A stretch of DNA of 64,000 bases from Candidatus Multivorans sp. (GTDB lineage: Bacteria; Acidobacteriota; Thermoanaerobaculia; Multivoradales; Multivoraceae): positions 4,704,001 to 4,768,000 of the forward strand of contig OZ245033.1 in assembly GCA_965224025.1 (NCBI GenBank), given 5' to 3'. The position numbers were made by a program, and so were the translations under genes. How positions within the stretch are numbered: the first letter of the stretch is position 1; every line of letters starts with the position of its first letter. This document shows positions 22,213 through 32,673 of this stretch, piece after piece. The notes under the pieces are model-generated. The model made no database searches. It was given only the letters and a program-made list of their open reading frames with translations, and had not been told where the DNA came from.

Positions 22213-23373
22213 TCACTCCGGCTCCACGCCCTCGTTCAGGATCCTCCGGTACTCGCTGTAGACGTACACGCGGTTCCGGCTGAAGCCGGTGATCTCCCGG
22301 ACGAGGCCCGCGCGTTCCAGGAGTCTCAGAGCAGCGGAAACGGCCGGGAACGACAGGCCGGTGCGTCTGCACGTCTCGGGAATTGAGAGAATCGGTCGTT
22401 CCTGCAGGGCCTCGTGGACGCGGAGCGCTGAACCGGCGCGGCGGCCCTCGGTCGCGAGACGTTGCCGGTCGGCCGTGAACCGCTCGGTGAGACGACCGAC
22501 GGTGGCGGCGGCGTTCTCAGCCGTTTCCTGCACGCCTTGGAGGAAGAACGCCAGCCAGGCCTCCCAATCGCCCGCGTGCCGGACACCGTCGAGCAATTCG
22601 TAGTAGCGCTCTCGGTGGCGCTTGAAGTAGACGCTGAGGTAGAGGAGCGGCTGGCGCAGCAAACCCGCCTCGCACAGCAGCAAGGTGATCAGCAGACGGC
22701 CCACGCGGCCGTTGCCGTCAAGGAACGGGTGAATCGTCTCGAACTGGACGTGGGCCAAACCGGCCCGTACCAGCGTCGGCAAGCCGTCGTCCTCCGAGTG
22801 GAAGAAGCGCTCCAGGTCCGCCATGCAGTCGGGCACGGCCAAGTGGGGCGGCGGCACGAAGACGGCGTTGCCCGGGCGCGTACCGCCGATCCAGGTTTGG
22901 GAGCGGCGGAACTCACCCGGATCCTTGCCGGCGGCGCGCCCGGCGGACAGCAGGATGCGGTGCAGCTCCCGGATCAGGCGGTTCGAGAGCGGGAAGTCCT
23001 TACGCAACCGCCGCAGCCCATGTTCCAGGGCAGCGACGTAGCGCGAGACTTCAGCCGCATCTTCGCGCGGCACCCCCGGAGCCTGGTCGAGTTCGAACAG
23101 CAGGAGGTCAGAGAGCGACGACCGGGTACCCTCGATCTGGGACGACAGCACCGCCTCCTTGCGGACGTAGGAGTAGACGAAAAGTGTCGGTTCCAGGAGT
23201 TGATTGGCTCCCTCCAGTCGCCCTAGGGCGAGACTGGCGGCCTCCAGGGAACGCAGAAGAGGGCCTTCCAGGTTGAGCGGCGGCGTTGGCGGCAACGGTG
23301 CCGGAATGAAGGCGCGCACCGGCTCGCCTCCCGTGGCGGTAACCTCGTATCGGCCCTGCATTGGACGTCTCAT
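22213..23373 (-). CDS. Fic family protein with N-terminal inhibitory motif and C-terminal HTH
   Basis: HPFLDGNGRVGR; SSQIEGT. Confidence 0.92.
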   Translation of the reverse strand: MRRPMQGRYEVTATGGEPVRAFIPAPLPPTPPLNLEGPLLRSLEAASLALGRLEGANQLLEPTLFVYSYVRKEAVLSSQIEGTRSSLSDLLLFELDQAPGVPREDAAEVSRYVAALEHGLRRLRKDFPLSNRLIRELHRILLSAGRAAGKDPGEFRRSQTWIGGTRPGNAVFVPPPHLAVPDCMADLERFFHSEDDGLPTLVRAGLAHVQFETIHPFLDGNGRVGRLLITLLLCEAGLLRQPLLYLSVYFKRHRERYYELLDGVRHAGDWEAWLAFFLQGVQETAENAAATVGRLTERFTADRQRLATEGRRAGSALRVHEALQERPILSIPETCRRTGLSFPAVSAALRLLERAGLVREITGFSRNRVYVYSEYRRILNEGVEPE

Positions 23374-23563
23374 CGGTGCACCCTTCCTCTTCTTATGAAG
23401 AGTTATCCCCTAAGTCTTACCACAGAGCGGAGACTCCGGTCCTTGTGCAGGAACTTTGAATAAAGCGGCACCGGGGAACAGCAGACCCTGTTCGACAGGT
23501 TCCCTCTTACAGCGTCACCGCAACCTGACGCGGTACTCTCAACGGACCTCGGAGGCTGAACCC

Positions 23564-24526
23564 ATGTTCGACACGCGACCCGCCCTGCTTGCGATGGAGT
23601 TTCCGCCGCTCCGTCGCCGGCGCATCGCCACCTTGCAGGTGAACCTCGGTTACCGTTGCAACCTGAGTTGCGTTCATTGTCACGTCAATGCCGGGCCTCA
23701 CCGCACGGAGATGATGTCGACCGCCATCGTGGACGAGGTGATCGCGGCGCTTGACCGGCTGGACATCGAGACACTCGATCTCACCGGCGGAGCGCCGGAG
23801 CTGCATCCCGAGTTTCGCCGCCTGGCGAGGGAGGCGCGCCGGCGCGACATCGAGGTGATCGACCGTTGCAACCTGACGGTGCTGTTCGAGCCGGGCCAGG
23901 AGACCCTGGCCGCCTTCCTGGCCCGGGAAGGCATTACCGTGGTGGCCTCCCTGCCCTGCTACCTCGAGGAGAACGTCGAACAGCAGCGCGGCAAGGGCGT
24001 GTACGGGGACAGCATCCGGGCTCTCAAGCTGCTGAACGACCTCGGCTACGGACAGGACGACGCGCGGCGGCTCCACCTAGTCTTCAATCCCGTGGGCGCC
24101 GTGCTGCCGCCGCCGCAGGCGGAACTGGAGTCAGCCTACAAGCGCGAACTCCAGGAACGGTTCGGCGTCGTGTTCGACCAGCTCTTCGTGCTCACCAACA
24201 TGCCCATCAACCGCTTCGGCGCCGTCCTGACGGCGCAGGGCAAGCTGGACGACTACATGGCGCTGCTGCGGGACAACCACAGCGCCGGAAACCTACCGAC
24301 CGTCATGTGCCGCGACACGATCAGCGTCGACTGGCAGGGCAATCTGTACGACTGCGACTTCAACCAGATGCTGGGGCTTCCGGCCAGGGTGGACGGCCGA
24401 CCCGCGCGCCTCGCCGATCTCGTCCGGGGCGGACCGCTCGAGAAAGCCTGTATCGCCACGGCCGGGCACTGCTTCGGCTGCACCGCCGGCCAGGGCAGTA
24501 GCTGCACCGGCGCTCTGGACGGCTGA
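23564..24526 (+). CDS. arsS: Arsenosugar biosynthesis radical SAM protein ArsS (DUF3641)
   Basis: LQVNLGYRCNLSCVHCHV, DLTGGAPE, YDCDFNQML, HCFGCTAGQGSSC. Confidence 0.88.
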   Translation: MFDTRPALLAMEFPPLRRRRIATLQVNLGYRCNLSCVHCHVNAGPHRTEMMSTAIVDEVIAALDRLDIETLDLTGGAPELHPEFRRLAREARRRDIEVIDRCNLTVLFEPGQETLAAFLAREGITVVASLPCYLEENVEQQRGKGVYGDSIRALKLLNDLGYGQDDARRLHLVFNPVGAVLPPPQAELESAYKRELQERFGVVFDQLFVLTNMPINRFGAVLTAQGKLDDYMALLRDNHSAGNLPTVMCRDTISVDWQGNLYDCDFNQMLGLPARVDGRPARLADLVRGGPLEKACIATAGHCFGCTAGQGSSCTGALDG

Positions 24527-24666
24527 CTGCCGGCCGTTGTCCTGCCGCCTCGCGGCCTCCCCGCAGCGGCGAACGCCACGGCAAGTGGGTTCCCATTTAC
24601 GCCCTAGTTGCGCTATGCTGCTCTCTTCCCACTCTCCCACTTCTCGCGTTCCGCGTCCTCGGCGCC

Positions 24667-25551
24667 GTGACTTCCCTGCCCGCAGCTCTCGCCGACCCGC
24701 AGTGGCCGCGGTCGCTCGTGCGCCAAATCCGGCGCGGGCGGGAGCTGGTGGGCGACAGTCCCGCGATCAGAATCCAGGAGACGGACGCCGGACTGTTCAC
24801 CACGCGGCTCCGCGGTGTCGACCGGTTGCTCAGCGGCGGGATCCGTCGCGGGCAGACGGTCGAACTGGTCGGCCCCGGGAGCAGCGGCCGCTTCTCCCTG
24901 GTGCTGGAACTCCTGGCCGGCGCCACCCAGAGCGGTGAATCGGCGGCGCTGGTCGATCTGGGAGATCACTTCGATCCGCAGGCAGCGGCCAAGGCCGGGA
25001 TCGTCCTTGAACGGCTGCTCTGGGCGCGGCCCAAGCGACTGAAGCAGGCGCTGGGCAGCGCCGAAGTGCTGATCGGCGGCGGCTTTCCGTTGGTCGTGAT
25101 CGATCTCGGTCTGCCGCCGGTGCCAGGCGGCCGCGGCAAGGAGTCCGCGTGGTTGCGGCTGCGGCGCGCGGCGGAAGGCCATCAGGCCGCGCTGCTGATC
25201 GCCAGTCCGTACCGCGCCGGAGGCACGGCGCCGCAGAAGATCCTCGATCTGGGATCCCGAACGTCGCCGGTCCGGAATGCGGGCGAGACGCCCGCGTTCC
25301 CAGGGGGCGAGACGCCGCCGGTCCGCGCTCTCTGGGCGCGGGCCGCACCGAGGAGCCCGCGGTTGCTCGACGGACTCAGAACCCGCCTGAAGCTCGCCAA
25401 GTCGCGCGGCGCACGGCCGGGCGCCGCGACCGGCGTCGAACTGCGCGTTCTCGCCGGCAGCCTGCGGCGCCCCCTGCCCGTCGCGCCGCCCAGGCCGGCA
25501 GAGGGCAGCCGCGCCGGCTCGCCCGCCGAAGTGCTGAGACGTGCCGGCTAA
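24667..25551 (+). CDS. imuA: ImuA-like RecA-fold protein
   Basis: DRLLSGGI..G..VELVGPGSSGR, ALVD..DHFDP, RLLWARP, W.RL.RAAE; upstream of imuB. Confidence 0.75.
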   Translation: MTSLPAALADPQWPRSLVRQIRRGRELVGDSPAIRIQETDAGLFTTRLRGVDRLLSGGIRRGQTVELVGPGSSGRFSLVLELLAGATQSGESAALVDLGDHFDPQAAAKAGIVLERLLWARPKRLKQALGSAEVLIGGGFPLVVIDLGLPPVPGGRGKESAWLRLRRAAEGHQAALLIASPYRAGGTAPQKILDLGSRTSPVRNAGETPAFPGGETPPVRALWARAAPRSPRLLDGLRTRLKLAKSRGARPGAATGVELRVLAGSLRRPLPVAPPRPAEGSRAGSPAEVLRRAG

Positions 25552-27094
25552 ACGGAGATCCCGCATCGCCTGCATGAAGGCGGCGTTGTTTCCCTTGGCC
25601 GCCTACCTGCGGGGAGCGCCGGAACTCGCCCGTGAAGCGCTCGTGGTCCACGAAGGCCCCTCGGCGCGGATCGTCGCCGCCTCCCGGCTGGCGCGCCGCG
25701 CGGGAGTGCGGCCGGGGCTGACCATGGCCCAGGCCCGGAACATCGAGTCGGGCCTGGTCGACCGTGTCCGCGACCCGGAGCGCGAGCACACCGCGCAGGA
25801 GGTGCTGCTCGAGATCGCCGGCGCCTTCTCGCCCCGGGTCGAGGACGGCGGCGAAGGCATGGTCTACCTCGACGTCGCGGCCGAGGACGAACACAGCCTC
25901 GGACAGACGATGATGCGGGACATGGATGCCGCCGGCCTGCCCGGGCGGGTCGGCATCGCCGGCAGCAAGCTCGCGGCGCGGGCCGCGGCTGCCTTGCCGC
26001 GGTCGCCGAACGTCGTCGCGCCCCGCGGCGAAGCCCGGTTTCTGGCACCGTTGCCGCTCAGGTCCCTGCTCGGGAGCGGCGGCAGCGGTTCCGGCGGCAC
26101 GGCGCCGGACGGCGACGACCAGGAGATCCTCCACACGCTGAAGCTCTGGGGCCTGCGCACAGTCGGCGACTTGGCCGGCCTGCCGGCGGGCGAGGTCCAT
26201 GGCCGTCTCGGCGAGCGCGGAGCGGCGCTCCACGCCGCCGCCCGCGGCATCGATCCGGCGCCGCTCACTCCCCTTCCGCCGGCGCCCACATTCCGCGAAT
26301 CGCAGACCTTCGAGTGGCCGATCGACAACCTGGAACCGTTCCTGTTCGTCGCCCGCGGCGCGGTCGAGCGGCTTGCCGCCCGGCTCGAAGCCCGGGGCAT
26401 GGGCTGCAAGCGGCTCGAACTGTCGCTCAAGATCGAGCCCGAGGGCCTCCACGAATTGGCGATCGAACTGCCGGCGCCTACGCACGAGGCCCGAACGCTG
26501 CTGTCGCTCGTCCGTCTCCACCTGGAGGCGGAACCGCCGCGTGCCCCGATCACGGGCATACAGCTAGCGGCCCAGCCCGATGTACCGCGCCAGGCTCAAC
26601 TCAGCCTGCTCGGTCCGGCCGCCCTGTCGCCCGATCGCTTGGCCGCCGTCACCGCCCGGCTGCTCGCCCTGCTCGGCCCGAACCGGGTCGGCTCGCCGCG
26701 CACCCGGAACGGCCACCTGCCGGAACGCTTCCGGCTCGCCGACTACGACCCGCCACCGCCTCCACGCATCCGGCTCGAACCCCGGCCGGGCCGCGGCATG
26801 CTCGCGGTGCGCACCTTGAGGCCGCCGCTCGAAGTCGAAGTGCTGACGGCCGAAGGCCCCACTCTCTGCCCCGCGCCGGTGCGGATCAACCCCCTGCCGA
26901 CCGACGAACGCCACGTCCGCATCGAGGGCCCCGTCCGCACCGCCGCCGGCCCCTGGGAGATCGAGGAGGGCTGGTGGAGGGAGGCCCCGGCCCTGCGGGA
27001 CTACTGGGACGTGGAACTGCGGAACGGCGCGGTGTGCCGGATCTACCGGGACCGGAGTTCGGAACGGTGGTTCGCGGACGGGGTGTACGACTGA
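25541..27094 (+). CDS. imuB: ImuB, inactive Y-family polymerase
   Basis: GVRPGLTMAQAR, FSPRVE..YLD, LWGLRTVGDLA, GPW..EEGWW...RDYW...WFADGVYD. Confidence 0.85.
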   Translation: MPAKRRSRIACMKAALFPLAAYLRGAPELAREALVVHEGPSARIVAASRLARRAGVRPGLTMAQARNIESGLVDRVRDPEREHTAQEVLLEIAGAFSPRVEDGGEGMVYLDVAAEDEHSLGQTMMRDMDAAGLPGRVGIAGSKLAARAAAALPRSPNVVAPRGEARFLAPLPLRSLLGSGGSGSGGTAPDGDDQEILHTLKLWGLRTVGDLAGLPAGEVHGRLGERGAALHAAARGIDPAPLTPLPPAPTFRESQTFEWPIDNLEPFLFVARGAVERLAARLEARGMGCKRLELSLKIEPEGLHELAIELPAPTHEARTLLSLVRLHLEAEPPRAPITGIQLAAQPDVPRQAQLSLLGPAALSPDRLAAVTARLLALLGPNRVGSPRTRNGHLPERFRLADYDPPPPPRIRLEPRPGRGMLAVRTLRPPLEVEVLTAEGPTLCPAPVRINPLPTDERHVRIEGPVRTAAGPWEIEEGWWREAPALRDYWDVELRNGAVCRIYRDRSSERWFADGVYD

Positions 27095-27131
27095 GGGGGG
27101 GCGAAAGCAGAGGCACTGACGTCGCACCCCA

Positions 27132-27524
27132 TCACCCAGACAGCGCCTTCGTTCTTGCCTCGCCCATTTCGCGGAAGTGCCGTCTCAGGCGACGTGCCAT
27201 CGGCCACATCATCGTCGCCGTCATGCCGGCCGAAACGACTCCGCCCACCACTGGGACGACCTTCCTCAAGCCGCTGGCGAACGACTGTTTCGTGACCTGG
27301 AGACCGATCAACCTTGCAACTGACTTGACCGCAGGATACAAGACCGTCTTGGTCAGAGCCTTCTTCGGTAGATCCTTGACGACCTTCTCAGCGACGAGTT
27401 CGGCGAGCTTCGCAAGGCCGGTCGCCGCTCCCTCCGCTCCCATCATCACTCCGAGGAACAAAGTGATCTCCGTCTCGGTCAACTCGTCAGTGCCGTCCTC
27501 CAAACCGGTCGGCGGTCCTTCCAA
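27132..27524 (-). pseudogene. C-terminal fragment of an EcsC-like hypothetical protein
   Basis: KVVPVVGGVVSAG motif; no credible start. Confidence 0.4.
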
Positions 27525-27605
27525 GCACGCCAGTTTTCTGAGCCAGCTTGGTCGCGTGACCGAAGAACTGCGCCTCCCTGACTGCGATCACACATCTGCG
27601 AGTCC

Positions 27606-28487
27606 TCAGGTCGAATCAGGAGCGCCTCGGACGCGCAGCCGCCGGCGCACGAAGTCGTCGAACAGAGGCACCGTGAAGTCGATCTCGCCCCAGCGCGGCG
27701 AGTAGCAGAGCCCCTTCTTGATCAGCTTGTCCCGCACTGGGCCCACGCCCGGCGTGTCCTTGCCCATAGTCGCCGCGACGCGACCCGAGGAGTAGGGGCC
27801 CTTGCCGAGTGACGCCATGGCCACCAAGTACTCGCGCTCGGAGTCGGTCGTGCGGTCGACCCGGACGCGGAAGAAACCAGTGTCCAGTTCATCGACGGCG
27901 GCCGGAACCTGGTGCAGACCAACGATCAGGGCGCCCAAGTCCTTCCGCTTGAGGTACTGCACTTCGTCGACCGTGATCAGGGCGCCCTTCCCCCGCTCGC
28001 GGGCGGCTCTACCGACCCCCGTGAACAGACCGGCCAGGTCTTCGTCCAGAAGCCCCGAATCCGCCCAGCCGGGTACCGGATCGAGTCCCACCGTTACGTC
28101 GCCGCCGTCCGGCAGGTTCCATCTCAACTGGAACGACTTGAGCACACCAAGCGCCCGCTTGGCCTGATCGGCCACGTTCTGTGCCGGAGAGAGGCGCAGG
28201 ACCACCTTTCGGACGAGCTCGGACATCGCCAGCGGAAACCGAATCCCCTCGCTCGCCTCAAGAGGCTGACAGACCCCGTCTCGACTTTGCCCCAGACGGC
28301 GAAACTCCTGCAGAAGCACCGTCTTCCCCACACCGCGAAGCCCAGTCAGAATCACGCTCTTGGCGAAACGGCCAAGACGCAGACGCTCGATGGCGATACG
28401 GACCGTCTCGAGCTCGGCATCCCTGCCCACGAGCGCTGGCGGAGGGCTTCCGGCGCCCGGGCTGTAAGGGTTGCGGGTGGGATCCAT
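27606..28487 (-). pseudogene. AAA ATPase with C-terminal wHTH, probably internally deleted
   Basis: NPYSPGAG..P...GR, GLRGVGKT, VDEVQ, then an abrupt jump LHQV|PAAVDELDTGFF into the C-terminal domain. Confidence 0.6.
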
Positions 28488-28599
28488 CGGCCGATTGTAG
28501 GGTTCTGCCCGGTTTTTATCGAGTTCAGGTAAAAGCCGCGCAGACTGCTATAAATAGCCGCTATTCGTGAACAGCCCCGATCGACAGGAGAAAACCAGC

Positions 28600-29034
28600 A
28601 TGAAGAACCAATGGATCTTCCTGACCCTCACTGCGATCAACTTCGCGCTCCTCGCGCTGCTCCTCCTGCTGCCCTACTTCACGAAGACGGACGCCGCCGA
28701 GGACACCGTTCTGCGTGGCGCCGGGATCGAGATCGTGGACCGCGAGGGGCGCCTGCGGGCGCAGCTCGTCCTGGAGCCCGGGGACCCCGGCTACGAGTGG
28801 CCGGATGGACGGATCGGGTATCCCGAAACCGTGATCTTCCGCCTGATCACCGCTGACGGGAAGCCGCGCGTCAAGCTCACGACCTCCGCCGAGGACTCCG
28901 GCCTCATGCTCCTCGGGGCATCCGACACGACCCACACGATTCTCAAGGCGTTCCGGGACGAAACGTCCCTGTTGCTGCGGAACGGCGAGACGACGCAACG
29001 GCTGCTCACGCCCGGCGTGCCGGCAGCCCGGTAG
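28600..29034 (+). CDS. Hypothetical membrane-anchored protein
   Basis: AGGAG RBS, N-terminal TM, EIVDREGRLRAQL. Confidence 0.7.
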   Translation: MKNQWIFLTLTAINFALLALLLLLPYFTKTDAAEDTVLRGAGIEIVDREGRLRAQLVLEPGDPGYEWPDGRIGYPETVIFRLITADGKPRVKLTTSAEDSGLMLLGASDTTHTILKAFRDETSLLLRNGETTQRLLTPGVPAAR

Positions 29035-29050
29035 TCCGAACACGCCGGCA

Positions 29051-29440
29051 TCAATCGCCCGGCAGGACGGCTCCCGGCGCCCGCCCGCCGATGACCTGCT
29101 CCGCCACCACCCGGCCGCCGATCAGGTGCTCCTGGATCACCCTTTCCAGGACCTCGGGGGTACAGCCCCAGTACCAGACGCCCTCCGGGTAGACGACCGC
29201 GATCGGGCCGGCGTCGCAGATGCGCAGGCAGTTCGCCTTCGTCCGCATCACCGTTCCGGCATCGGTGAGCCCGAGTTCGACCAGCCGGCGCTTGAGGTAG
29301 CCCCAGGACTCGAGCGACACCTCCCGGTCGCAACACTTCGGCTTCGTCTGGTCGCAGCACAGGAAGATGTGCCGCTGCACGTTGGCGATGCCGATCGCCT
29401 CCGCCTTGCGCCGGGCGCGGTTGAGGGCGTCGTGGTCCAT
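29051..29440 (-). CDS. Thioredoxin-like [2Fe-2S] ferredoxin
   Basis: RHIFLC...CC...[16 protein letters not shown]...EHLIGG. Confidence 0.9.
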   Translation of the reverse strand: MDHDALNRARRKAEAIGIANVQRHIFLCCDQTKPKCCDREVSLESWGYLKRRLVELGLTDAGTVMRTKANCLRICDAGPIAVVYPEGVWYWGCTPEVLERVIQEHLIGGRVVAEQVIGGRAPGAVLPGD

Positions 29441-29976
29441 GGCGCCGATGATTCCATGACCGGCATCAAGCACTGGCGATAGCCTGCACCGCCATGAAGC
29501 TGTTTGAAGCCGCCTATCCGTTTCAGGACGACGTGCTGGCGGCCGGACGGGCTCTGCTACTGCTTACCTCAAGCCCTCAGGACAGCACTGGCCGCAAGTC
29601 GCACCAGACAACGGACCATTCGTCGGCCGGGTCACGAAACTCAACTCCCTCCATGACGGTCCGCTCCAAGTCCAACAGGAGATCGACGCCGGCCACCTCG
29701 TCAACCCGAACCGCACGCTCACCTTCCAAGACCGCGACCGGGATCCACTCGCAGGCCTTCGCCGCCTCGAGCCACTTGCGCGGACGATCCGGGATGCCCG
29801 CCACCACGAAATCGGGAACGCCTGGCAGCGCCCACAGCACTACACGTTTCATCCGCCTAGAGCCTAGCCCTCGAGTACTTCCACCAGCAAGTCCGAACCG
29901 ACTGGGCTGTGCAGTCGCCGCCGGTAGAATCGGACGGTCGAGACGCCAGTCGGCCACGCCCTCACGGACGCAGACC

Positions 29977-30312
29977 ATGCTCACGCTCCACCCGAAAGAA
30001 CAGACTTGGCTCGACGGCTACCGCGAGGCGCTGAAGAGGGAACACGCCGACGCCGTGCTGCGCTTGGTCGTGTACGGCTCCAAGGCCCGCGGAGACGCAC
30101 ACGACGAGAGCGACATCGATCTGCTGCTCATCGTGCGGGACGAAGCCGCTGGTCTAATGCGGCCTCTCCGCCGGATCGGCCACGAGCTAGCGGTCCCCTC
30201 GTTGGTTCTACCGTCCATCATGGCTTACACCGTAGGTGAGTGGAGCCAGCTTGAAAGCTACCGTTCGGCCTACCATGCCGCCGTTGAGCGCGAAGGTGTA
30301 TCGGTACTTTGA
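29977..30312 (+). CDS. Minimal nucleotidyltransferase (MNT antitoxin)
   Basis: YGSKARGDAHDESDIDLL. Confidence 0.88.
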   Translation: MLTLHPKEQTWLDGYREALKREHADAVLRLVVYGSKARGDAHDESDIDLLLIVRDEAAGLMRPLRRIGHELAVPSLVLPSIMAYTVGEWSQLESYRSAYHAAVEREGVSVL

Positions 30313-30387
30313 ACACGGAAACGGCTGAGGTGGTCCCGGTCCTTTGGACAGTTTCGAGGCCGGGCTAAGGTGTACTCCATGTGTTGA

Positions 30388-31278
30388 TTACGCCGCAGCC
30401 GCCGTCGCCGGGGCTGTGGAAAACTCTCGATTCTGCGGAATGCCCATTAGTCCGCGGTGGGCTTCGGCAGGTGTCCTGCCGCCGAGCGCCGTGTGTGGCC
30501 GCTCCTCATTGTAGAAGGCGAGCCACCCATCGATCACCCGCCGCGCCTCGATGCCGTCGACGAGTTCGTTCAGGTAGACCGCCTCGTACTTCAGCGAGCG
30601 CCACAGGCGCTCGATGAAGATGTTGTCGAGGAAGCGACCCCGGCCGTCCATCGAGATCTTCACCGTCGCGTTCTCGAGAAGACCGGTGAAGTCGCCGCTC
30701 GTGAACTGGCTCCCCTGATCCGTGTTGAAGATGTCCGGCTTGCCGTACCGGTCGAGGGCTTCGGCGAAGGCCTCGACGCAGAACGATGCGTCCAGGCTGT
30801 TCGACAGCCGCCAGGACAACACCCGACGGCTCGCCCAGTCCATGACCGCCACCAGGTACAGGAACCCGCCGCGCACCGGAATGTACGTTATGTCCGAGCA
30901 CCAGACTTGATCCGGACGCTCGATGGAAAGCCCCCTGAGCAGATAGGGATAGACCTTGTGCTCCGGGTGAGGCTTGCTGGTCCGCGGCGCCCGGTAGATC
31001 GCCGCGATACCCATCAACCGCATCAGACGCCGCACCCGGTGACGACCGACCCGAACGCCCTCTCGGCGAAGGTGGCGGACCATCTGACGCGAACCGTAGA
31101 ACGGGTACAGCAGGAACAGCTCGTCGATCCTGCGCATCAGGGCCAGCGTCTCGGCGCTCTCGCCCTTGGGCCGGTAGTACAGCGAGGAACGGCTGATCTC
31201 GAGCAGACGGCACTGCCGACTCAAGCTCACGTCACCCGTCTCCCGCTCGATCATCCGCAGGCGCTCGGTCCGGCTCAG
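30388..31278 (-). CDS. IS3 OrfB DDE transposase
   Basis: WCSDITY, FNTDQGSQF, IERLWRSLKYE; CTGA overlap with orfA stop. Confidence 0.93.
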   Translation of the reverse strand: MSRTERLRMIERETGDVSLSRQCRLLEISRSSLYYRPKGESAETLALMRRIDELFLLYPFYGSRQMVRHLRREGVRVGRHRVRRLMRLMGIAAIYRAPRTSKPHPEHKVYPYLLRGLSIERPDQVWCSDITYIPVRGGFLYLVAVMDWASRRVLSWRLSNSLDASFCVEAFAEALDRYGKPDIFNTDQGSQFTSGDFTGLLENATVKISMDGRGRFLDNIFIERLWRSLKYEAVYLNELVDGIEARRVIDGWLAFYNEERPHTALGGRTPAEAHRGLMGIPQNREFSTAPATAAAA

Positions 31279-31556
31279 TGCCCGAGCCCCCTGGACAAGA
31301 AATCCCGCTCGATCGTCAGCTCCCCGATCTTCGCGTGCAGGTCCCTGATCTCCTCCTCGTGGTCCCGGCGCCGCTCCGGCCCGGCCGAGAAGGTCTCACT
31401 CATCCCCTCGATCGCCTTCCGCTTCCAACTGCTCACCTGATTCGGGTGAATCCGGTGCCGCGATGCGATCGCCGCGAGCGGCTTCTCCTCACGCAGCGCC
31501 TCAAGCGCCACCTTCGACTTGAAAGCCGCAGTGAACTTCCGACGCTTCCTCTTCAT
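31275..31556 (-). CDS. IS3 OrfA (HTH)
   Basis: RRKFTAAFKSKVALEAL...IHPNQVSSWK...LHAKIGELTIERDFL. Confidence 0.93.
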   Translation of the reverse strand: MKRKRRKFTAAFKSKVALEALREEKPLAAIASRHRIHPNQVSSWKRKAIEGMSETFSAGPERRRDHEEEIRDLHAKIGELTIERDFLSRGLGH

Positions 31557-32673
31557 CCTGGCTCCTCCTCTAGGTCGAGGAGTACACCTTAGCCACCTGT
31601 CCAGTTTTCCGGGACCACCTCAGAGACTCGCGCCAAGGAGCTTCGGGATCAGGCCGCTGGCATGGAGGAAACGGCGTCGCGGCATGAGAAGCCTTCGGTG
31701 CAGAAGGGTCTTCGGACGCGGGCGTCGAATCGGCGTGGCGAGGCGGAGAAGCTGGCGCCTCCGGTCGAGGCCGAAGACAAGGCCATCGACGAGTTGCCGC
31801 TGAAGTCGACGCGGGCGACGGTGGAGGGTTTGCCGAGGGACGAGGCCCAAGGGAACTTCACGGACCCGGAGAGCAGCATCATGAAGGGGCGGGACGGTTT
31901 CGTTCAGGCGTACAACGCGCAGTTGGCGGTGGACGAGGAGGCTCAGGTGATCGTGGCGCAAGGCGTGACGAACCAGCCGCCGGACAACGGCAATCTCAGG
32001 CCGATGGTGGCGCGCGTGGCGGGCGCTCTCGGTGAGGCGCCGACGAACGTGACGGCGGATGCCGGCTACTGGCACTCGGAGGTGGAAGAGCAGGTGCGGG
32101 AGCTTGGCAGTGAGGCATGGGTATCGACCCAGGGCAGTTCCTCCAGCGAACCCGGTCCCTCTGATGAGAATGCCGACACGATCGACCCGGTCAAGCGGAT
32201 GCAGTCGCGTCTCGCGAGCTCCGAAGGGCGTGCTCTATATGCCCGCCGCAAGGCGGTAGTCGAACCGGTCAACGGACAGATCAAGGAGGCTCGAGGATTC
32301 CGCCAGTTCTCGTTTCGGGGCTTGGAAGCCGTGCGCACGGAATGGACCCTTGTCTGCTTGTGCCACAACCTCCTCAAACTGTTCGGCCACTGCCTCCAAA
32401 CTGCCCAAGAGGCGGCCCATTCAGGTCAACTGGACGGGAATCCGCTGCCCCAAGCCGCCTGATGGCCACATCCCGGCCCAGCTATCACGGGCTGACACCC
32501 CCCAAACCCAAAGTGCCGACCTCCTCCACTCCCCTACAACTGCGACGAACGCCTCAGCCCGTACCGCAGAGCCCGGATACCTCAGTGCTTGCCCCGCCGG
32601 CCAACCTATGGCCTACAAGCTTGCATGGAACAAACGGGTAGGGGTTCCTTGTTGGCAGCGCAGGTTGCGCGAT

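Larger units (their letters stand above)
30326..31622 (-). mobile_element. IS3-family insertion sequence
   Basis: Terminal IRs TGAGGTGGTCCCGG (30326) and CCGGGACCACCTCA (31622), 5'-TG...CA-3'; orfA + orfB; no target duplication visible. Confidence 0.93.

Noticed and set aside
23564-24526. ArsS as a selenoprotein
   Set aside because: The C-terminal motif is GSSC with a Cys codon; the TGA is a normal stop several codons later.
29494-29852. Short ORF pieces ([16 protein letters not shown] on +; MKRVVLWALPG on -)
   Set aside because: Probably gene debris or a small hypothetical gene; no assignable function.
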